From Malacoraja senta (Eukaryota), in the NCBI GenBank assembly GCA_038087875.1, contig CM075988.1:8186001-8250000 (forward strand): DNA of 64,000 bases. The letters are read 5' to 3'. Below the pieces are notes generated by a model that was given only the letters and a program-made list of their open reading frames with translations, did no database searches and was not told where the DNA came from. Position numbers and translations under genes: made by a program. This document shows positions 52,140 to 64,000 of this stretch, one piece after another (positions within the stretch are counted from its first letter, which is position 1; each line of letters opens with the position of its first letter).

Positions 52140-54060
52140 ATAGAATTTATTGGAGCACAGGAGAATGAGGGTTGATCTTACAGAGTTGTACACAATTATG
52201 AGAGGAATAGATTGAGTAAATGCACAGAGCTTTTCCAGGAGGGGGGAATCAAGAACCAGAGGATATAGGTTTAAGATGAGGGGGGAAAGATTTAATGGGA
52301 ACCTGAGGGGAACTTTTTTACACAAAAGTGTGGGTATATGGAACGAGCTGCCGGAAGAGGTAGTTGAGGCAGCTCGTTCATAACATTTAAGAGACAATTG
52401 GACAAGTATATGGATAGGACAGGTTTAGAGTGTTATGGGGCAAGGGTGGGCAGGTGGGACTAGTGTAGATGGACATTTTGGTTGGCATGGACTTGGGCTA
52501 AGGGGCCTGTTTCCACGCTGTATGACTATGAATTTCCCACAGTCCCATATCCCCACTAATTTTTCCTGTTACTTATTCTCGTTGCATTCTGAGCAACTCC
52601 TCAAGCATACTGAAGCTTGAAAGCACAGACGCCCTGACTTAGGAACATCTTCCTCTGCACTGCTATCAGACTCCTGAACCAATCACCTCTTTTTTACACC
52701 CTTCCCAGAGGTGCTGCTATGTACTCTTATCCTCAACTCTACATTACGCGGTTATTCCGTTACTGCACTTTTATATTTTTAACACTATTTCAGTATGCAT
52801 TACAATTTTTACTCCATTCAGCTATTTTACATTTGTTGTTGTATTTTGTTGTTGTATCTATCATTATCATGTATAATTTGTAGACCCTTGTGTGTATGAT
52901 AAGAAGCTGGTCAGAGGGTGGTGAATCTGTGTAATTCATTGCCACAGAAGACTGTGGAGGCCAAGTCAATGGATATTTTTAAGGCAGAGATAGATAGATT
53001 CTTGCTTAGTACGGGAGTTGGCGGTTATGGGGAGAAGGCAGGAGAATGGGGTTAAGAGGGAGAGATAGATCAGTCATGGCTGATAAACTGGTTCGAATCT
53101 ACTTCTGAGTTAAACCGATCAATGGAACCATTGAAAGAGAACCTCGAGGATGTTGACCTGACCAAACCTTTTCTCATCAAACCTTTTATTTTACCCAGGG
53201 TAGGGGAATCGAGAACCAGAGGGCAAAGGTTGAAGGGGAGAGGGGAATAAATTCATAGGAACTGGAGGGGCAACCTTTTCATTTAGAGGGAAGCAAGTAG
53301 AATAACAACATTTACGAGACAGTTGGACAAGTACTAGAATAGGAAAGGTTCATGGGGATATGGACCAAATGTGGGCAAATGGGACTAGCTTAGATGGTGC
53401 ATCTTGGTTAGCATGGACAAGGTGGGCCAAAAGGCCTCTTTCCATGCTGTATACTCTATGACTATGATTCAACCTCTACCAGCATCTTTATCTGGCCATC
53501 TAACACTACATTTTGCGGAATGCTGTTATGCTGCAATAAAAGGTAGAAATAGGCCACTGTCTCTGCCTCCCCGCCCCCCCCCCCCCTCCCCCCTCCTCCA
53601 AGCCCAGCCTGCCTTGCCATCCCTGTCATTCAATGTGATCAGAACTAATCTGCCCCAGGCCTCATCTCCTCTCTCCTCCCAGTTCCCCATTGTCCTCAAT
53701 TCCCTGATCTTTTAAAAACTCATCTACTTTTCCTTTAAATAGCCACAATAATCCTCAACATTCTGGGATAGAGAATTCTAGAGATTCAATACCTTCTACA
53801 AAAAATATAAAATTCCTAGGCAGACCTGAGTTTTTAATGAGTGACCTGTAATCATGTAATTATGTCCCCTCGTTTGAGATTCTTCCACTAGTGGAAATGT
53901 CTTGACGTCTACCATGTCAATCCTCCCAAAGATCTTACAACTTTCAATAAGATCACTCCTCGTTCTTCTAAACTCTAGCAAACCTCATTTGGATTGCGTC
54001 CAACGCCAGTATATCCTTTCTAAAATAAGGCGATCAAAATTGTGTGCAGCATTCCATTTT
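52140..54060. mobile_element. Cluster of CR1 3' fragments on both strands
   Basis: CR1 3' motifs at about 52140-52530 (+), 52910-53470 (+) and 53620-54060 (-). Confidence 0.7.
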
Positions 54061-54444
54061 CAAGATTTCTTCAGCAACTGCATTTAAAAAGTTATCTTGA
54101 TGCATTTGAAAGGTTTCAGTTTAGTTTATTGTCACATGTACCGAGGTACAGTGAAAAGCTTTTGTTGCATGCCAAAGATACTAAATGAACAAAGTTCCTT
54201 TGTTTAAGCTACAATTAATGCCGGTGACTAAATTACTTCAGAGATCATGGAAGCAAGAGATTCAGTTTTATTCTTAAATGGTCCAGGTGCGATAATGGAT
54301 TGTGAATTTGTTCGACAGCTGGGATATGGATGACTGTAAACCGAGCCAATGGTTCCGAACATTACTTTGAGGGACAGTCCAAGACCAGCAACCTCAATTG
54401 TGCTCAGTGAATCAATTCTCAGATAATATCTAACATAAATTAGA

Positions 54445-54757
54445 TGGGCTACATAGTGGCACAGCAGTAGAGTTGCTGCCTTAAAGTGCTTCCTGCGCCG
54501 GAGATCCGGGTTCGATCCCGACTACGGGTGCTGTCTATACGGAGTTTGTACGTTCTCCCCGTGACCTGCGTGGGTTTTCTCCGAGATCTTGGGTTTCCTC
54601 CCACACTCCAAAGACGTACAGGTTTGTAGGTTAATTGGCTTGGTAAATGTAAAAATTGTCCCTAGTGGGTGTAGGATAATGTGCGGGGATCGCTGGTCGG
54701 CCCAGCGGGCCGAAAGGCCTGTTTCCGCGCTGTATCTCTAAACTAAATTAAACTAAA
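54445..54757 (+). mobile_element. HE1-type SINE
   Basis: A and B boxes, central domain, (TAAAC)n tail. Confidence 0.88.
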
Positions 54758-55427
54758 AGCATCTTTGGATCTCCAGACTTCTGAACACTGTTATTAAGTT
54801 ACAGCAGTGAAGCTTAATATAACTTTGGGAGCAAGACCTCATCCTTTCGTTGGTTAATTTACAACTTTTCAGACTTTAAGCTAAAGTTTTCAAAGTTAAA
54901 GTTTTAAAGTTTTCAAAGCTGAAATCTTTGAGCATAACCAGTGTTTCTGATGATTAGACAGCAGCTTTTTGTAATAATTCTCCTATTACATTTCAACCTA
55001 TTTAAAGCTCTTTATAGTTTCCAGTCTTAATAATTATCTTTTGCCTTGGGCTCTCATACCTTTTGTCACTTAATCTCTCATAGCGTTGTTCAACAGACTT
55101 CTTAGGGCAGGGCAGCGAAGACATTTAAAGCACATTACCTGGGATATTGAAGAGGCCAAATTGCTGCATTCCCTACATCATGAAATCAACCACATTAAAA
55201 AGGAAAAGCTCTTAGTTCATTACAACGCGCTTATTCCGATGCAAGATGTGGCCACTGATGACAAAATCAGCAATTGTTGGTATCTCTAATTTTAAGCTGA
55301 ACTGAGAAAAAGAACGGCGCCACTTAAATGCAAATCTTTATTTTAGATCAATTCAACTGCACTGGTTAAATGTTGTCTCTTCCCAGACCGTCAACAAAGC
55401 ATTCTGGGAGAAGGAAAGGGACATAAT

Positions 55428-55741
55428 TTAGTTTTGTTTTAGTTTAGCGATACAGCGTGGACATAGCCCTTCGGCCCACCGAGTCCGCGCCGACCGTTCA
55501 ACTCCCCGCACACTCGTTCCATGTTATCCCACTTTTGCATCCATTGCCAACAAACTAGGGGTACTTTACAGAAGCCAATTAACCTACAAACATCCACGTC
55601 ATTAGAATGTGGGAGGAAACCCCGTGATCACAGGGAGAACGTTACAAACCCCACACACAGACAGCATCCGAGGTCAGGATCGAACCTGCGTCTCTGGCGC
55701 TGTGAGGCAAGATCTCTACTGCTGCGACACTGTGCCGCCCT
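55428..55741 (-). mobile_element. HE1-type SINE
   Basis: Reverse-complement consensus. Confidence 0.82.
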
Positions 55742-56148
55742 TAAACGTTTTAAATGATGGAAAATCATTGAGGGCAAATTTTTAGGTGTGTTTAAGGGAT
55801 AGAGTACAGATTATGAAATTATAGGCAAGTTTACCTATAATGTTCCATTTCCCAGTTTTCGTGAGACAAATATGAGGCTCCGAACAATTAAAAGTACGTT
55901 TGACAAAGTCATTGAGCTGAAACATTTACTGTGTTCCTCTCTTCACAGATGCTGCCTGAACTGCTGAGTATTTCCAGTATTTTTTGTTAAGATGCATTTT
56001 TCTTGTTTCATTCATTTTAAGCATGTGAAATACAGAACAGCAGAAAAGTCACACGACAATGTTCCCAGCAATAGAATGGATGAAGGAGCAGTGATTTTGT
56101 CCCCATCCGAGGCTGAGGTAATGTATTCCTGTGGTGTCCAGGTCCTAC

Positions 56149-56354
56149 CTGTACGTTGGTGATCTGCAGTGTCCCGTTGTCCAGCATGCTGACCCGAGGG
56201 TCGTTACCCAGGATCCTCTGCCCGTCCTTCTGCCAGTGAACGCTGGGTAGAGGGTTGCCGATCACATGGCACTGGAGCTGTGCCGTGGAATCCACGCCGA
56301 GCGTCTGGTTGCCGGGTCCCTGGCGGATGATGGGTGGTATTCGATCTGAAGAGA
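56149..56354 (-). CDS. ROBO3: Roundabout receptor internal exon (206 nt), most of Ig5
   Basis: ctctctcag|TC TCT TCA GAT ... AAC GTA CAG|gtagga. Encodes (V)SSDRIPPIIRQGPGNQTLGVDSTAQLQCHVIGNPLPSVHWQKDGQRILGNDPRVSMLDNGTLQITNVQ. Phase 1 in, phase 0 out. Confidence 0.93.
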
Positions 56355-56428
56355 CTGAGAGAGAAGCGGGAGAGTGAAGACATTGGCCACATTTTGTAAA
56401 GCCGCCGTCACTTATCAGCAACTCAACT

Positions 56429-56728
56429 ACGCAGCGGTAGAGTTGCTGCCTCACAGCGCCAGAGACCCGGGTTCGATCCCGACCATGGGTGCTGTCTGTA
56501 CGGAGTTTGTACGTTCTCCCTGTGACCTGAGTGGGTTTTCTCCGGGTGCTCTGGTTTCCTCCCACACTCCAAAGACGTGCAGGTTTGTAGGTTAATTTGG
56601 CTTCAGTAAAAATTGTAAATTGTCCATAGTGTGTAGGATAGTGCTAGTGTGCAGGGATCGCTGGTCGGCGCGGATTCGCTGGGTCGAAGGTTCTGCTTCT
56701 GTGCTGTATCTCCAAACTAAAGTAAACT
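56429..56728 (+). mobile_element. HE1-type SINE
   Basis: B box GGTTCGATCCC, central domain, tail. Confidence 0.87.
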
Positions 56729-56914
56729 ATACTCGAGACCTAAACTGGGTCTCCATCATGTCACACAGGGAGGTGTATTGACTGTAAATGGGTCACACTA
56801 GGAGGTGAAATTAAAAGAAAAATGTGTTGGGTATCAGTACTGAAGGACCACGACTGGAACCACATGCTACATTTATGTAGTACTTTTATTAAATGCTTTA
56901 CAAGAACTTAGAAA

Positions 56915-57055
56915 ATACAACCAAACTTATCTCCAAAGATCTGAACATGGAACACAACACCCGCCTCTGCAACTGGATACTTGACATCCTGACCCATACG
57001 CTGCAACCAGTAAGGAAAGGTGACAAAACATCCACAACTATAATCTCAACACCGG
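56915..57055 (+). mobile_element. Rex1/Babar-like RT fragment
   Basis: LCNWILDILT..LQPVRKG..STTII motif, interrupted by another GC-rich repeat. Confidence 0.6.
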
Positions 57056-58580
57056 TCAGTGCCTGAATTTAGCCAGACTGGCTGCGGGAAGCAGTGCAGT
57101 CCACCCCGACGGTGGAGTGGACCGCTGGAGGCCCTGCACAAGCCTGGGGCTCGGCTGGAATGGGTGCTGCTCCAAGAGGCCGAGCATAGGAAGGAGATGC
57201 CACCTGCAGCTGCACGGAGCAGTGGAGACACTGTGGAGGACACCAACGGCTCCACGATGTTAAAGTCCGCAGGCTCCCGCGGTTGGAGCTCCCATATCGT
57301 TCTCCAGCAAGAGGCCGCCAGCTCCTCGATGTTAGGCCGCAGAGCGGATGGGGATACGATACGGAAAAAAATCGCATCTCCGTCGAGGTAAGAGATTTAA
57401 AAAAATGTTTCCCCCCCCCCCCCCCATCCCCACATAAAACAAGCTAAAGAACACTAAAACATACATTTTACACATACTAAAAAAACAAAGCAGGAAGGGA
57501 CAGACAATCTGTTGGCGAGGCAGCCATTGCTGGCGCCACCTGGTGGACTGCTGCCCGTGTGGAGTTTCTATCTTCTCCCTGTGGTTTTCCTCCAACGCTC
57601 CGGTTTCCTCCCACATTCCAAAGACGTACAAATTTGTAGGATAATTGGTTTCTGTAAATTGTCACTAGTATGTAGAATAGAATGTGTAGAATGTGTGATT
57701 GTTGGACTCGGTGGGCCGAAGGGCCTGTTTCCACGCTGTATCTCTAAACAAAACTAAAGCCTGGCATGTTCAGGATTGGCATAGACACATACTGCATGGA
57801 AATAGGCCCCTGGTACAGTGCCCATCCAACTATTAAACACTTGTACTAAGTACCCAAGGTGACATTAACAGTCGTCAATTAACCTAATAACCTAATAACT
57901 TTTGGCACATGGAAATAAACTGGAGCATCCAGGAGAAATCCATTGAGTCACAAGGAGGACGTGCAAACTCCACAAAGACAGCACCTGAGCACTGGATCGA
58001 GCCCAGGTCCCCGAAGCTGTGAGGAAGCAATGCCTTTGCTGTGTTTCTCAGTCAGATTATGACGTACGTGGAGGAGAGAGAACACTGCCTGAGATGAGGA
58101 GAGCATGAGAGGGTGGAGGGATTTGTGGAGATCCGTTTGGGAGGGGAAACAGATGCACAGGAGATGCATCTCATTGTCAAGATAAATGTAGTGCAACCAG
58201 GCGGCTGTACCAGTGTTCTGTATTATACAGACAAGCAGTACTGAGTGAGTGCTTGGTCTCACAGCAGCCACAGAATTAACTGAACCGTACATCGCATGAC
58301 AAAGAGAAGATTGTTCAACCAACTGACTGTATGGCTGGTAGATTCAACTTGTCAGCTCAGGGCAACTGTAAAGCTACAGAAGTGTGTCTGACAAGACCAC
58401 GGGGAAGCTAACTGACTGTGCCTGGTTCTGCTCCCTCCCCAAATAAACACTTCACCATCAGCTAACCGCCCAGACAGGTAGATTGGTTTGTGTAGGAAGG
58501 AACTGCAGATGCTGGTTTAAACCGAAGATAGACACAAAATGCTGGAGCAACTCAGCGGGACAGGCAGCATCCCTAGTGGG

Positions 58581-58780
58581 NNNNNNNNNNNNNNNNNNNN
58601 NNNNNNNNNNNNNNNNNNNNNNNNNNNNNNNNNNNNNNNNNNNNNNNNNNNNNNNNNNNNNNNNNNNNNNNNNNNNNNNNNNNNNNNNNNNNNNNNNNNN
58701 NNNNNNNNNNNNNNNNNNNNNNNNNNNNNNNNNNNNNNNNNNNNNNNNNNNNNNNNNNNNNNNNNNNNNNNNNNNNNNNN
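58581..58780. other. Assembly gap (200 N)
   Basis: Run of N; true size unknown. Confidence 1.
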
Positions 58781-59339
58781 ACTCACTCCGGCCTTACGGA
58801 CCTCTGTTCTGGGAACAAGGGAAAATAATCCATTGTTAATTTTAATAATATTCTCATGATCAGAGACATGCAGGAACTCGGGAGCAGATTTGGCTGTTTT
58901 ATCTTCGATGGAAAAATGCCCCCATGACAATCCATTCCGGAAGAACTGTGATAAATACACGAACACATCCAGCTGCTACACTGTTGTACCCAAGCCTGAG
59001 GGAAGACGAGATACTGTAAAATCTTTGTGACAATTTGTAAATCCCAATAGTGCTGTATCTGACTGTCCAGGTAGTGTTTACACATGTCCTTCCCACTCCC
59101 TGGGACCCTGTTTCCCATGCACCTGGTTCACTGGAAAATGTATTCTCATATTGTGTTCCATGTTAAAAGAGTGAGGTAACATTGGGTTGAGGAATAAATA
59201 CAAATAACAATCTGGAAGATTTGGTATTCCGGGACCATCAAAGTTTGGAGTGTGCGGGTTATTGGAGGTTTACTATATTTAAGTACTTGAGGTGGAACTC
59301 TTTGGGAGTTTGTGACAGAAAACACCTCAGTATTCTTTT

Positions 59340-59507
59340 GTTTAAGTAGGAACTGCAGATGCTGGAAAATCGAAGGTAGACAAAAGTGCTGGAGAAACTC
59401 AGCGGGTGAGGCAGCATCTATGGAGCAAAGGAAATAGGCAACGTTTTGGGCCGAAACCCTTCTTCAGACTGATGTGAGGGGGGGGGGGGGAGTGGGGAGG
59501 AAGAAGA
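59340..59507 (-). mobile_element. Penelope 3'-end monomer
   Basis: Matches about 15480-15630; TSD AGTATTCTTTT at 59329-59339 and 59508-59518. Confidence 0.8.
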
Positions 59508-60524
59508 AGTATTCTTTTTACTGTTATATTGTATGCAAACTAGGCAGAGAGGAGGACATGTGCCTTTTATCTCAAGTTGACAATGTCATAAAGTAACCAG
59601 ATAACAGGTTGTTTTGCTGCTCAAACCTGTCAGTAGTCAAGCTCAGCACTGAGATGGAAAAACAAAATAATATAATGGAATGATCAAATATTGTTGAAAT
59701 ATTTCAGTCCCCGCTTTGATCTGAAAGGACAGCAATGCTTCCCTGGCCTGGCAGCCACTAATTGCATTGATAGTAATCAATAGCAAATCCATTCTTTCAT
59801 ATCAGAGACATTCTTCCTTGTCAGTCAGGACATTACAATTACTTTCCACAATGTCCCACAATGCCGACTGCCATCAGGGCAGATGTTCTTTTTAACATCT
59901 ATCCCTCACAATCAATGTCAGGCCTCTTCTTGCCTGAATTCACTCTGATTTCCCCCAGGTGAAGGAAAGCAATGAATGTTCAGTAGAGGCCATGTCCAGA
60001 GCTCAACCATTGACGTGGGTCGGATTGTGATTCCCAGCAAACTCCCTCTGACAAACCCGGTCCATTCCGATGCTCCAGGTGCAAGGAGTTAGACGCTAAC
60101 ACTGGGCGCGCAAGCACAGAAATGTTAAATTGATGTGGACATTGATTAAACATTGGTTAGTTGTCTTATATAACGTGAACTACAGGACTACAATGAAGGA
60201 TGAATGCCGTGACATCCATGAGCACAGATCGAATTAGATGGCAAGAAAATTCTCCCATGGGCCGAGAAATTCATCAGTGTGATGCTGCGATAATATTGAG
60301 CTGAAATCAGTGCCCTTGTTTCCATCATTCTTGCACATTCCTCACCAGATGTATGTCACCTGCCATTGTGGCAAAGTCTGAAACACAGTTTATCAAAGAC
60401 CATGCCTGAAATAGGCACTGAACGCTTTGCAAATGCAAATAGGAAGCCCAGTGCCATTTTAGGATTCATTGACTGGTGCGGCGTTCGGGCTATCAGTGGT
60501 CTTGTATGGATAAGTGAGCTGTCG

Positions 60525-60935
60525 TAGAGTCATACAGCGTGGAAACAGGCCCTTTGGCCCAACCTGCCCAAACCGACCAACATGTCCCATCTATATTAGT
60601 CCCACATACCTGCGTTTGACTTGTATCACTCTAAACCTAACCTATCCATGTATCCGTCTAAATGTTTCCTAAATGTTGTGATAGTCCCTGCCTCAACTAC
60701 CTCCTCTGGCAGCTCGTTCCAGACATGACCACGCTCTGTGTGAAAAAGTTACCCCTTAGGTTCCTATTAAATCTTTCCCCCTTCACCTTCAACCTATGCC
60801 CTATGATTTCCCTACACTGGCCACGAGACTCTGCATTTACCAAATCTATTCCCTTCATGATTTTTGTACATCTCTGTGACATCATCCCTCTTTGTCCTAC
60901 GCTCCAAGGTATAGCGTCTCAGCCGGCTCAACCTC
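60525..60935 (-). mobile_element. CR1 3' fragment
   Basis: GHRLKVKGERFNRNLRGNFFTQSVV plus 3' UTR. Confidence 0.8.
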
Positions 60936-61088
60936 TTCGAAGGGTCTCGACCCGAAACGTCACCCATTCCTTCTCTCCAGAGATGCTGCCTACCCTGCTG
61001 AGTTACTCCAGCATTTTGTGTCCCTAAGCATGTCCTCCACAGATGCTGTCTGGCCATTGAGTTACTAAAGCACTTTAGCACAGTACTT

Positions 61089-61291
61089 GTTTAAGAAAGA
61101 ACTGCAGATGCTGGAAAAATCAAAGGTAGAAAAATATGCTGGAGAAACTCAGCGGGTGAGGCAGCATCTATGGAGCGAAGGAATAGGTGATGTTTCAGTC
61201 TGAAGAAGGGTCTCGACCCGAAACGTCACCTATTCCTTCGCTCCATAGATGCTGCCTCACCCGCTGAGTTTCTCCAGCATTTTTGTCTACC
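61089..61291. mobile_element. Penelope-derived fold-back dimer with intact core at 61200-61227, nested in an older copy
   Basis: 14-bp TSD TTAGCACAGTACTT at 61075-61088 and 61292-61305; near-perfect inverted arms. Confidence 0.85.
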
Positions 61292-63439
61292 TTAGCACAG
61301 TACTTTGTGTTTTTTACCCTCAAAATATAACTTATCTTCAAGCTCATGAAACGGCAATGTTGTTGCCACTGGTTACAGGAATATACTTGGCCAGTATATG
61401 TGAAGAATCCCACTGATCTTCAAGTACCTTTGCATGAGGGCTCCCCCTCGCCCCCGCCCCCCCCCCCCCCCCCCCTCCCAACACGTCTCTAAAACAAGTA
61501 AAATGTTGGCATTGATCTGTCTCGGGTGAAGGACGATAAAACTCACTCCAATGTTAACGTGGAAACAATATTTCTTGGGCAACATTCCTGGGGCGGTTTT
61601 ATGCACTGAAGGTGTGTACACAATGGTACTGGGAACAGCTCCAAGTAAAAGGTCTCTTGTTTATTGTGGCTTCAATTCACTCGGAGGTCGTTACAATCAG
61701 GAGAATAGGTTAAGGCAAATATTTGTCTTGGAATGATAAAAAGAGATTAAAGAGAAACTTGACACACCTGTTCATGCTCGATCACTTGAGTAAGGACAAA
61801 AAGACCTGCAGTCACACTGAGCCAACAGTGTCTGATCTGAAACTCTTTTTAAGCTCGGAATCAATGGCTATGGATTCCGAGCCTTCTTTATTCATCAGGC
61901 AGGAGACAGGAGACAGGTCTCCAGAGCCTGGGAAGTAAGCAGAGCTGACGACACATATTAAAAGCACATTCGCTCTGAAGTATGCTTCCAATCAATGATC
62001 ATTATCAAACCAAAGCCCAACAGATGAAGAAAAACAAACCGCCCTTCCTGAATAGTTAAAAGCAGAGGGATTAGAGTATTGAATTGCAACCCATCTCACA
62101 CTCCTATTCCAATCAGTGTAGCATCTATTATTTTAATTATTCCCCCTTCCGCTTCTTGTCAAATCTGTTCCATCTCCAGACTTGCTCAGATATATCCCTA
62201 TTTAAGATCCTCTTCTTAACACTGGGAAAGATTCCAGGCTGCTCATGAAAGGCCGCCCTGCAACTGGACGTTGAGTGGACAGAGGCCACCAATCGATTTG
62301 AGTTCCCATATTTCTTTTTGCTTGGTACTTTCATCGAAATTGTTTGTCTCAAAAAGGGAAATCTTTACTGGGGGTAAATCTTTTCTGAAGCTTCTCTCCT
62401 GAACAAAAAGCACAAGCCAATGAAAGAAGGGAAGTTCTCATCATTGAAGATGAGAATTTTCATCATTCAATATGCGGGCGGCAGGGTGGCGCAGCGGTCG
62501 AGTTGCTGCCTTGCAGCGCCAGAGAACCGGACAGAGTAATCCTGACTACGGGCGCTGTGGAATTCATTGCCGCAGATGGTGGTGGAGGCAAGCCATTGGG
62601 CAATTTGTTTAAGCGTTGATAGGTTCTTTATTAGTATGGGTGTCAATAGTTATGGGGAGAAGGCAGGAGAATGGGGTTGAGAGGGAAAAACGGATTAACA
62701 ATGATCAAGATGTGATGGGCCGAATGACCCAATTCTGCTCCTATTTCTTGAGAACATATGAACTACCCGTATGAGAGATTGTTGAATATGAAGCAATTAT
62801 TTATAATTCAATAGCACAGTGCGACACATTAGAACCCTTGATCCAGTATCGGAACAGCGCCCCGCTGTTTAAAGCAAATGTTCTGCACAACCATTTAACA
62901 TTTTTTACAGATCCACAGAAAATGCTGATCAACTATCAATTATCAGCATTACTGCTGAGTGGTTTGGCTAAAACAAAATGCACTCAAGCAGTTTTAAATT
63001 GTTTAAGGAGATCAATAATAAAGGTTTCTCTCTGATTGCTCATGAAGCACTTGTCAGTCAGTGGTTACTGACTGCACAGGGTAATTACTCAGTGCTGACA
63101 CCGATCGCACGTTATCCACAGCTCACAGCTTCTCAGTCACTCTGTGCACATCATTTCTCCCACAGTGCATTTGACACCCTGACCTCTTTTTTTTCAATCC
63201 CCTTATCAGGCTGCATCTACTATTCAACTCCCAGTGGCTGACCATTTCAGTTTCAAAAAATTCATCCCTTCGAGGAAAATATTGCAAACTAGCCAGACAT
63301 GTTTCCAAGCCCCCTTGGGAGGCACGAGGAAAAACTTTTTCAGCCAGAGAGTTGTGAATCTGTGAGTTCTCTGCCACGGAAGGCCGTGGAAGTCAATGCA
63401 CTGGATGTATTCAAGAGAGAGTTAGAAAAGGCTCTTAGC

Positions 63440-64000
63440 CCAAGAAATTAGCCCAACCTATAACAAAAGATATTTGGGATGAAAGTTTACAACATATACA
63501 TCAATGTTCATTAAATGCCAGACATTCTTTAATACAATTTAAAGTACTACATAGATTGCATTATTCAAAAACAAAATTAAATAGAATCTTTCCTAATATC
63601 TCTCCTATTTGCGATAAATGCCAATACTCATCGGCTAATTTAACCCATACCTTTGTAAATTGTATAAAAATTAAAAATTATTGGATGGATATTTTAAAAA
63701 TAATCTCTGTAGTTGTTAATACTCAACTGGATCCCGATCCTAAATTAATAATATTGGGCATATCAGAACAAAACCTAAAACTTACAACAAACCAAAGAAA
63801 TTTCCTTGACTACAGTATAATAATTGGGAAAAAATTTATATTAAAATTTTGGAAAAATCTTGCAACCCCCACAATTAAGATGTGGATTATGGAGATGTCG
63901 GAGACCTTACATTTGGAAAAAATTAGATATGTCTTAATTGACAAACCAGAATTATTTACTAAAATATGGTCTCCATTTATAGATTATCTGAAGGGGTAGA
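63440..64000 (+). mobile_element. L1/Tx1-clade LINE ORF2 C-terminus, 5'-truncated, running off the window
   Basis: IQFKVLHRLHYSKTKL..I...CDKC......LTHTFVNC......W cysteine-rich motif; AT-rich. Confidence 0.85.

Noticed and set aside
56017..56565. 182-aa single-exon ORF
   Set aside because: Only 56149-56354 is exon; the rest is read-through into SINE and intron sequence.
58483..58966. ORFs spanning the N run
   Set aside because: Artefacts of the assembly gap.
58781..59276. Tigger/pogo-like element after the gap
   Set aside because: Only a possible right TIR (GGGTTATTGGAGGTTTACTATA) is visible; the left end is lost in the gap and there is no transposase motif.
59735..59770. Possible upstream ROBO3 Ig4 exon (CQA on the minus strand)
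   Set aside because: Lacks the GYYxCQA...GSI context and splice sites; the Ig4 exon probably lies beyond 64000 or in the gap.

Overview
Vertebrate genomic DNA. The HE1-type tRNA SINEs with (TAAAC)n tails and the CR1 LINEs point to a cartilaginous fish, probably a skate or ray (inference). The window is the interior of one minus-strand gene, a Roundabout receptor that best resembles ROBO3. Eight internal coding exons (56354 down to 2867) splice in frame with GT-AG boundaries and encode Ig5 plus FN3-1, FN3-2 and FN3-3; both ends of the gene lie outside the window. The introns are dense with retroelements (CR1, Penelope-like with GIY-YIG, Rex/Babar, L1/Tx1, HE1 SINEs) and some DNA elements (a two-headed non-autonomous Helitron, a PIF/Harbinger-type MITE, and a foldback-like element whose inverted arms carry 32-bp-period arrays). 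The most notable observation is a family of roughly 25 short non-coding insertions matching the 3' end of the local Penelope element. Most retain a recognisable minimal hammerhead-ribozyme-like core (CTGAAGA-stem-GAAAC-GTH), many are fold-back dimers centred on that core, and many have 10-15 bp target-site duplications. There is a 200-N assembly gap at 58581-58780. All family assignments come from motif recognition, not database searches, and repeat boundaries are approximate.
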